Below are positions 32,283-40,836 of a DNA stretch of 40,836 nucleotides, in pieces; position 1 is the first letter of the stretch; each line of letters begins with the position of its first letter. The DNA lies in contig NC_068983.1 of assembly GCF_001194135.2 (NCBI RefSeq), positions 23,457,932 through 23,498,767 on the forward strand. The letters are read 5' to 3'. The notes under the pieces are model-generated. The model searched no databases. It saw nothing but the letters and a program-made list of their open reading frames with translations, and was not told the origin of the DNA. The position numbers were made by a program, and so were the translations under genes. Source of the DNA: Octopus bimaculoides (Eukaryota).

Positions 32283-33110
32283 AACATCATCATCATCATC
32301 ACCACTATCGTCATTTAACATCTGTTTTCTATGCTGGCATGGGTTGGACGGTTTGATAGGAGCTGACTTGCTGAAGGACAGTTCAGGCTCCCTGTCTGTT
32401 TTGGCATGGTTTCTATGGCTAGATGCCCTTCCTAACGCCAACCACTTTACAGAGTGTACTGGATGCTTTTATGCAGCACTGGCACAGGTGCTTTCTTTGT
32501 GGCACCAGCACCTATGAGCCCACAAAATTAGAGATACTCAGCTGGAGAGGGTTGCAAGGGACAAGCCTGTATGCAAGGGCATTCACGCTTTTACTTAGCT
32601 TGACATGTCTTTTCAGCAAACTGTCAGGAGTCTCAATCCCCTGTTATCCCCTCTGTGAGTCCCAATGTTTGTAGATCCTTTCTCACCACTTTATTCCACA
32701 TGTACTCTTTACAATTAAAGATCGGCACTTCTTGATGCAACTCTCTTCATTTGTACATATTACATGGCCATACCAGCACACTCCTCTCTCTTGCACAATA
32801 CATCTGATGCTATGTATACCCAGTTTTTCTCTCAAATCCCTTACAATCTGTCATATATGCACACTGACTTTACCCATCCAGTGAAGCATACTGGCTTCAT
32901 TTCTTTCAAGTCTTTGCATATCCTCAGTAGTCACAGCCCATGTCTCACTGACTTGTAGCATAGCTGTTCGTTGTACAATCTGCCTTTCACTCTGAGGGAG
33001 AGGCCCTTCGTTATTCTAGTAGCTATGCTTTCTGAACAACACTCCCACTACTAACTTGGTCACCTAAGTAACAGAAACCGTCTACTATTTCTAGGGATCC
33101 TTTCTGGCAT
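32283..33110 (-). mobile_element. Decayed RTE LINE 3' portion with 3' UTR and tail
   Basis: LEIVDGFCYLGDQVSSG, KGLSLRVKGRLY, SETWAVTTEDMQRLERNEASML, WYGHV, WNKVVRKDLQTLGLTE; tail catcatc at 32283-32310. Confidence 0.8.
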
Positions 33111-33384
33111 ATGAGGGAGTCTCAACATAGAAAAAAGATCTGATACAGTTCTTCAATATGGAAGATGAGAACATTGTTTATTATCGTGATGTCAATGCTT
33201 TGTCAAATGAAATGGGATGTCAATATGAATCAGGGGAATGATAACTTTAAATTGACAGCTCAAATACCAAATAGAAATGTATTTGGCCACTTGACACTTC
33301 TACAACAAAGTTATGAAACCATGAAAATGGCAATGGAAAAGCTCTAATATTTCTTATGTATTTGAATAATCTCTTTTATCATTT

Positions 33385-33707
33385 ATTGTTTATTTGTTTC
33401 AGTCATTGGACTGTGGCCATGCTGGGGCACCACATTGAAGAGTTTCATTGAACAAATCGACCCCAGCACTTATTTTTCATAAGCTTTGTACTTACTCTGT
33501 CAGTCTCTTTTTGCCAAACAGTTAAGTTACAGGGACATAAACAAATCAACACTGACACTGATTGTTAAGCAATGGTGGGGACAAACACAAATACAAAGAC
33601 ACACACACACACACACACACAGAGACACACACACACACAGTCACACAGAGACACACACACAACACAGACAGACAGACAGACAGACAGACAATCAGACAGA
33701 CAGACAG

Positions 33708-33738
<31 letters not shown>

Positions 33739-33740
33739 CA
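33385..33740 (-). mobile_element. SINE family B, 3' half with an expanded (AC)n/(AGAC)n microsatellite
   Basis: ttgtttcagtcattggactgtggccatgctggggcaccac ... ggtggggacaaacaca. Confidence 0.75.
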
Positions 33741-33929
33741 AGATATCTGAAAAAAAGGATTCCAGGGAGAGCAGAGCAGAAATATGCTGGTACCTAATGA
33801 TGGAACAAAATGGCAATGATCATGTTTGACAACCTAAAAAGAGCAAGCTGCTTCCTTAAGTAGTGCACTTACCATAGCAACTTTGTCTTATACATATTCA
33901 ATATGTATAAGACGTTGGTCATGACGATG

Positions 33930-34215
33930 AGAGTTCTAGTTCATCCGATCAACGGACCAACATGCTTGTGAAATTGATGTGCAAGTGGTCGAACACTCCA
34001 CAGACATGCATACCTTTAACGTAGTTCTCAGGGAGATTCAGCTTGGCTCAGAATATGAGTTGAGCCCTTTGAAATACAGGTACTACACATTTCTGCCAGC
34101 TGAGTGAACTGGAGCAATGTGAAATAAAGTACCTTATCCAAGGACACAATGTGCTGCAGGGAACTGAATCCATGACCTTACAATTATGAGCTAAATATAC
34201 CTGGCCTCTAAGCAA
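33930..34215 (-). mobile_element. Degenerate family-A-related SINE
   Basis: gatcaacggaccaacatgcttgtgaaattgatgtgcaagtgg ... aacgtagttctcagggagattcagc. Confidence 0.6.
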
Positions 34216-34849
34216 TGTGCCTTCAGATGTTTGATTTGCATAAAATGAACACAACTTGTTGGTTGGGTGATGTATATTTTCTACAATTTTGTGCTTTTTT
34301 TTGCTGATACATGTGTCATTTCTGTGATATTTGATGTATTTTACCATTTTACCATTTTACCAAGCCTAGATTGTGTAAGAACAGCTATGTTTGCATAGTA
34401 AGATATGTAAATTTTATAATTTTTTTTTACAAAAATATATCAAAATATTTGTTTATGTAAGCTTAATGTAGCATCTAAATATTGGTGTAAAGGGTTACTT
34501 CCTCCCATAAAACAGCTGAAATGACTACACCAGCTTTTACACCATATCATTTCAACTTATTTTCTAGTTTTAGTATGTGCATTTCATATGCACTACATTG
34601 CTAAAATTTCAAAACACATTTCTGAAAAAAATACTTGACATGTTACACAAACTCTAAGGGTAAAACTGAAATCAGATAAGATGGAGACTCATTTTTTTTT
34701 CATGAAAAAAGTAATGTTTTTTTTTCAAAACACAGCTCAGTGTTATGTGTCAGTATGTCACTAATCAATGAAGTGATATCTTGCTATGCAATGTGACTTC
34801 TGAAATGTTGGAGTGTAAAATTTATTGCACAAGGTTTACCTTTTATCTT

Positions 34850-35245
34850 CTATCTTTTACCTGTTTCAGACATTGGATCATGGCCATGCTGGGGCGCCAC
34901 CTTGAAGGCAAACAAACTGAGCCCAGTATTTTTTTTTTAAAGCCTGGTACTTATTCTATCAATCTCTTATGATGAATCACTAAGTTAAAGGGGTGTAAAA
35001 AAATCAATACCAGTTGCAAGTGGTGTGTGTGAGTGCGTATGACAAACACAGACACAAAGACACACACAAATACACACACATACACGTGTGCGCACACACA
35101 CACACACACCCCAATTGGCTTCCACATAGTCTCCATCTACCAAATTTACTCACAATGTATTGGTCAGTCGAGGGTTATAGTAGAAGACACTTGTCCAAGA
35201 CACTGTGAAGCAAGATTGAACCCAAAGCCACATGGGTTGTAAAGT
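34850..35245 (-). mobile_element. SINE family B
   Basis: Tail, ggtacttattctatc, internal (CA)n, atagtagaagacacttgtccaag, degraded head. Confidence 0.75.
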
Positions 35246-35381
35246 AAGCTTCATACTTACACACACACACATGTATGGGTTGGTGTATAATTAACAACTA
35301 TTTTATTTTATTTTGGTGTTTCATTTTCAAATAAATTTAGAATAAAAAGATGGCTGTTAATTACGTACCTACCAATACATA

Positions 35382-35765
35382 TGTTGTTGGCACTCTGTTG
35401 CTTACGACGTCGAAGGTTCCACTTGATCCGGTCACTGGAACAGCCTGCATGTGAAATTAACGTGCAAGTGGCTGAGCACTCCACAGACACGTGTACCCTT
35501 AATGTAGTTCTCGGGGATATTCAGCATGACACAGTGTGACAAGGCTGACCCTTTGAATTACAGGCACAACAGAAACAAGAAGTAAGAGTGAGAGAAAGTT
35601 GTGGTGAAAGAGTACAGCAGGGTTCGCCACCATCCCCTGCCGGAGCCTCGTGGAGCTTTAGGTGTTTTCGCTCAATAAACATGCACAACACCCAGTCTGG
35701 GAATCGAAACCGCGATCCTATGACCGCAAGTCCGCTGCCCTAACCACTGGGCCATTGCTCCTCCA
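35382..35765 (-). mobile_element. SINE family A, full length
   Basis: Highly similar to 20486-20870. Confidence 0.88.
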
Positions 35766-36254
35766 CCCAATANNNNNNNNNNNNNNNNNNNNNNNNNNNN
35801 NNNNNNNNNNNNNNNNNNNNNNNNNNNNNNNNNNNNNNNNNNNNNNNNNNNNNNNNNNNNNNNNNNNNNNNNNNNNNNNNNNNNNNNNNNNNNNNNNNNN
35901 NNNNNNNNNNNNNNNNNNNNNNNNNNNNNNNNNNNNNNNNNNNNNNNNNNNNNNNNNNNNNNNNNNNNNNNNNNNNNNNNNNNNNNNNNNNNNNNNNNNN
36001 NNNNNNNNNNNNNNNNNNNNNNNNNNNNNNNNNNNNNNNNNNNNNNNNNNNNNNNNNNNNNNNNNNNNNNNNNNNNNNNNNNNNNNNNNNNNNNNNNNNN
36101 NNNNNNNNNNNNNNNNNNNNNNNNNNNNNNNNNNNNNNNNNNNNNNNNNNNNNNNNNNNNNNNNNNNNNNNNNNNNNNNNNNNNNNNNNNNNNNNNNNNN
36201 NNNNNNNNNNNNNNNNNNNNNNNNNNNNNCTCAAGATTTCAGAATGCACCTCCA

Positions 36255-36440
36255 CTGCTTGATAAATGGTGTTAGTTTGTTTATATCCCTGTAACTTAGT
36301 GGTTTGGCAAAAGTGATTGATAGAATAAGTGCAAGGCTTTAAAAAAAAAGTACTGGAGTCAATTCATTCAACTAAAACCTCAAGGTGGTGCCCTAGCATG
36401 GCCGCAGTCTAATGACTGAAACAAGTGAAAGATAAACAGT
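36255..36440 (+). mobile_element. SINE family B, 3' part
   Basis: ccctgtaacttagtggtttggcaaaag ... gcatggccgcagtctaatgactgaaacaag. Confidence 0.7.
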
Positions 36441-36489
36441 AAAAGATATATCAATTAAATAATGGTCGAGCCATTCTATCTATTTAATC

Positions 36490-36690
36490 ATGATCATCAT
36501 CATTTAACGTCTACTTTCCATGCTGGCATGGGTTGGATGGTTTGACTGAAAACTGGTAAACCAGGGAGCTGCACCTGGTTCCAATCTAATTTGGCAAGGT
36601 TTCTACACAGCCAGATGCCCTTCCTAACACCAACCATTCCATGAGTGTAGTAGGTGCATTTTACATGCCACCGGCACAGGTGCCATTGAT
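36490..36690 (-). mobile_element. RTE-type 3' tail remnant
   Basis: catcatttaacgtctactttccatgctggcatgggttgg ... gatgcccttcctaacaccaacc. Confidence 0.75.
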
Positions 36691-37985
36691 GTGACACTGA
36701 CATCAGCCATAACTAAAAGCACTGTTATATTTCCATTCTCTTTATTTCTTGGGGTGTCTCAATATTCATCATACTCTTGTAATCTGCTCACCGATTCATT
36801 TCTACTATTATGTTGAAAATCAGATATTAGTGAACTTTTATAAGCCTCAGGTATTATTTAGTTTTAAATTTTGTGTCTGTGGATCAATTGTATAATAGTA
36901 GTTTTTACCTTTTGACATGGGCTACTTACAAGTTGCTTTTAGGTTTGAATTACTGTATTTTCCAGCATACAAGTTGAATTTTTTCACATTAAAATTTACA
37001 GCTCAAAAAAGGTAGATTAAGGTAAAAAATTCTATGTGAAAAAATATTGCAGGATTTGGAAAGAAACTGACAATGTTTGAATATTTATAGTATATATGTT
37101 GACTTGTATGCATGAAAATACAGTATCAGTTTTATTTCCCAAGCTATATTGTATGTATATGTGTAATTTGTGTTAGTTTGTGTGTATATATATTTTTATA
37201 TATACACACACACACACACACATCTGGAGAGAGAGAGAGAAAGGAAAAGAGAAAGAGTGAAAGAGAGAGGATAGGATACAAAAACTTTGCAGCTAAGAAT
37301 TACAAAGATCCTAAGAGCAGCATTTCTAGATTGCCAATACGAAACCAGTGAATGTTGATGTACTTAGAAATTCTTGCATTGTTCAAAGGACTAATGTACT
37401 CCCGTTATTTCATCACTCCATCTTCTGTTCTCTGTATAGGTATCCCTGTTTGAGATTCATTCTTCAGATGCTGCCTTCATAAAAAAAAACTTCAATGGTT
37501 GCTTTATAATGTAGCTACATTGAATGACCTCAATAGCTGTGTTACATGATATACTTGACACAATATTGACAAGAGTTTCTAATAATATAAACATAGAAAG
37601 ATTAACGGCCAGACTAAACAAATAATACAGCTCGCTTTTTTTTATGAAGAATCTTTAATTAATCATTAATTTAATTATAGTCTTGAAAATGAAAATGAAA
37701 GTAATTGTGTTAACAGTTTTATAGAATTTTTATAGTTTAAAAGTTTAATGTGTTTATCAGTGGAATGTAACCTTAGAAAAAGAATTTTTAACGACCATAG
37801 TAAGCAAATAGTATTATCCATACTTTTTATACAAAGGTCTTTTGTTTTATTGTTTTTTTTAGCAAATTTATTCCTCAAAATGAAAATGAGAGTAATTGTG
37901 TTAGTTTTATAGAATTTGAAAATTTAAAAAGGTTATTTTATTTATCAGTTGAACGGATGCTGAGGCCAATGGAAACATTTGGCTA

Positions 37986-37988
<3 letters not shown>

Positions 37989-38040
<52 letters not shown>
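37989..38040. repeat. (CT)26 microsatellite followed by a T-run
   Basis: Visible directly. Confidence 0.95.
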
Positions 38041-38048
<8 letters not shown>

Positions 38049-39422
38049 TGGTAGGGAATCATTGAGAGTGAATCATTTGAACAAAGAAAGAACAACGATT
38101 CAGCTAAATGAACCAAAGACAACAGCAACAACAACAACATCAATAACAATATTGATTTTTCTCTATAGCAGAAAGGAAAGGAAACATGCAAAGTGGAAAC
38201 ACCCACAACAATGTAAGTGAAGGGCATTAGTAATGTTAGTGAAGTGGTATGGTATCTGACTGGAAATTTCTTCTTGTAGCAGCAACAACAAAAATTACGA
38301 CAGCCACAATAGTGACAACAACAACTGTGATAACAACAACAAGAATAAAAAATACTATTGATACTTTACTATGTATTTTCTACATTTCTGTTTTTTTAAA
38401 AATTTTTATTTTTGATAAAATAAATTCCCTGCGCTGGAATATTTAGAATATACAATAAATTTTGATACTGTATGCAATTGAAAAGCAATATTTCTGCCAA
38501 AAATATTTCTGACATAGTTCTGAGAAGTGCTCACACTAAAGGAGTATAAAAACAGCAACAATAACAAGAACTAAAAAAAAAAAAAAACCTTAGAAATATA
38601 AAAATGAAAACATACAAACTCTAAAACAAACCTCTTCAGCAAATAAGTTGATGCCAAAAATGTCATGCAATATTTCCTTAGATTCTGGAATAGCTTTCAG
38701 TGATAAAGAATTTTCTTTTGTTTAACAACTAACAAAAATAGCTGTTTGAATTGCAAGTTATTTTTAGTAAGTAAATGAAAATAAAAAAATACAAACAAAA
38801 TAAGACAAAACAAAATAAATGAAAGCAAAACAAAACAAATATACAAATAAATAAACAAACAAGGACGGGTTAGAAAAGAAATAAAATATAATTTGTTGTA
38901 AACAAATTAAGTTATGTTAAGCGATTTTGTGTTTTGTAGAAATAATTGTTTATTAAATAATAGTTTATTAATGAATATGATAGCTTAATATAAAAATGGA
39001 AAAAAAACAAACTCAAGCATGTAAAAAAGTCAAAAGAGTGAATTTCTGGAAGCTTCATATACTGAAGTATTTTTCCCAAAAGAAGTGTTTACTTATAATA
39101 GAGCTAACAATTATAGAATTTGCTGCTGAGTTTTAAAATCTTAAAGTAAGTCAGCTTGAAATCTGTTAATATGTCATATGTAATGTGAAAAACCTTGACC
39201 ATGATATTGAAAAAAATTAGCTAAGTTCCTGGCAAGTTGTATTCCATGTATATGTTTTGATTCCTAGTTGTAACAATTTAAATTGATTTATATTGCTGGA
39301 ATATTAGTGTCCCAAAGAAAGAGCGTGAATGTCACAATTCCCAGTCCGTTTGTCTCTAAAAGTTTTAGTTTCCATGTCTTGAAGGAGAGAACTGGAAACA
39401 ACTTCCAATACTTACAACATGC

Positions 39423-39805
39423 AAGGTGATGAGCTGGTGGAACCTTTAAGCACTTAGCTGCATTTCATCTGTCTTTACATTCTTAGTTCAAATTCCGCAG
39501 AAGTCAACTTTGTCTATCATCCTTTTGGGGTTGATAAAATAAGTACCAGTTGAATACTGGGGTCGATGTAATCAACTTATTTCCTCCCTGGAAATTTCTG
39601 GCCTTGTGCCAAAATTTGAATCCAATATTATCTTGGATATTAAGGGGGTGAGTTGGCAAAGTCGTTACTGTGATTGGCAAAACACTTAGTGGCATCTCAT
39701 CCGTTTGGGGTCAATAAAGTAAGTACCAGTTGAGCACTGGGGGTCGATGTAATTGGCTTACCCCCTTACATGAACCTGCAGGCCTTGTGCCAAAATTTGA
39801 ATTCA
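39423..39805 (+). mobile_element. Two tandem SINE family D copies (the second internally deleted)
   Basis: aataagtaccagttga(at/gc)actggggtcgatgtaat ... ggccttgtgccaaaatttgaat occurs twice (39540-39625 and 39715-39803). Confidence 0.7.
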
Positions 39806-39944
39806 GTATTTACAACATGCTATGTTAGAAAAAAGTTCAAGAGAGAAAACTGGAAAAAAAAAAGAAAAAAGAATCATTCACCATCACCTTTTCCATGTTT
39901 GCATATGTTTTCCATATTGTTATATGTTTTCTATATGTTACATG

Positions 39945-40025
39945 GCAGTAAAACATGGGCTTTGACTTCAGAGGACTTGTGAAGTCTTGAAAGAAATGAA
40001 GCCAACATGTTCTGCTGGATGTACA
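39945..40025 (+). mobile_element. Small RTE ORF2 remnant
   Basis: LHGSKTWALTSEDL*SLERNEANMFCWM, homologous to 32870-32960 (minus). Confidence 0.6.
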
Positions 40026-40044
40026 GCCAACATATACAGCCCCC

Positions 40045-40300
40045 TAAAAATCCCCTGCATATTATACTCAAGGGTGGACTATACTCGAGGATTTACGGTA
40101 TATGCACTTTTTGGCAAATTCTCCGTATACAAGGGGGTGCTGAAAAGTTCCTGGCTTTGGGTAAAAGAAAATAGAGGAGGATCAGTTAATTATGATTTTA
40201 TTCAACATATTCTCCTCTCCGATTCACACACTCATTGCAACGGTCCTTCAGTTTTTCTAAGACCTATAAAAGAAATCAAAAGTTTGGACCTCCAGCTAGG
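40045..40300 (+). mobile_element. Adjacent Tc1/mariner-superfamily ends: a pogo/Tigger-like 3' end (~40045-40100) and a mariner-like 5' end (from ~40128)
   Basis: tatactcgaggatttacggta terminus; TA followed by caagggggtgctgaaaagttcctggcttt. Confidence 0.4.
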
Positions 40301-40359
40301 CTTTTCACGATACCCTTAAAGCGAAGAACTTTTCCCCCCTGCCCCATATATAAGCTCTT

Positions 40360-40805
40360 TTACTCTTTTATTTGTTTCAGTCATTTCACTGTAGCCATGC
40401 TGGAGCAACATCATGAAAGATTTTATTCAAACAAATCAACCCCAGGACTTATTTCTTAAGTCTAGTACTTATTTTATTGGTCTCTTTTGCCGAACTGTTA
40501 AGATATGGGGACATAAACACACCAACACCAGCTGTCAAGCAGTGATGGGGGGACAAACACAGATATAAAGACACACACACACACACACAAACACCAACAC
40601 AAATGCACACAGACACAGAGACATACACACACAGGTATATGCACATATGATGAGCTTCTTTCAGTTTCTGTCTACCAAATCCACTCAAAAGGCTTTAGTT
40701 GGCCTGAGGCTGTAATAGAAAACATTTGCCCAAGGTGCTATGCAGTGGGACTGAACTGGGAACTATGTTGTTGGGAAGCAAGCTTCTTACTACACAGCCA
40801 TGCCT
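40360..40805 (-). mobile_element. SINE family B, full length
   Basis: Tail at 40360-40400, internal (CA)n, core ttgcccaagg, head ttactacacagccatgcct. Confidence 0.8.
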
Positions 40806-40836
40806 ACACCTCCACACAGCCATATATATATATATA

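Overview
Eukaryotic, repeat-rich genomic DNA. The repeat content and gene structure suggest a coleoid cephalopod, most likely Octopus (inference). No prokaryotic features or CRISPR arrays are present. (1) 1474-10008 (+): the last eight coding exons of a ZC3H18 orthologue, with consistent GT-AG phases, an RS-rich region, a Q27-P-H11 tract and the conserved C-terminus SRREELLKQLKAVEDAIARKRAK, followed by a probable ~3.1-kb 3' UTR. (2) A dense layer of mobile elements: RTE and CR1-type LINE remnants, several tRNA-derived SINE families (labelled A, A2, B, D, E here), a decayed Ty3/Gypsy element, a TSD-bounded solo-LTR-like element, a TIR-bounded Merlin transposon, and piggyBac-, hAT- and mariner-like non-autonomous elements. 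(3) Three large and two 10-nt assembly gaps; both short gaps are flanked by duplicated sequence. The best unexplained signals are a compact minus-strand transcription-unit candidate at ~27385-28170 (promoter motifs, ATG-free leader, 39-codon ORF, AATAAA), a 308-bp near-perfect palindrome at 31426-31733, a PHD-type finger inside an RTE ORF2, and an invariant-stem hairpin array in the RTE 3' UTR. All calls were made by reading the sequence; no database search was run. Repeat boundaries are approximate unless a TSD or TIR is quoted.
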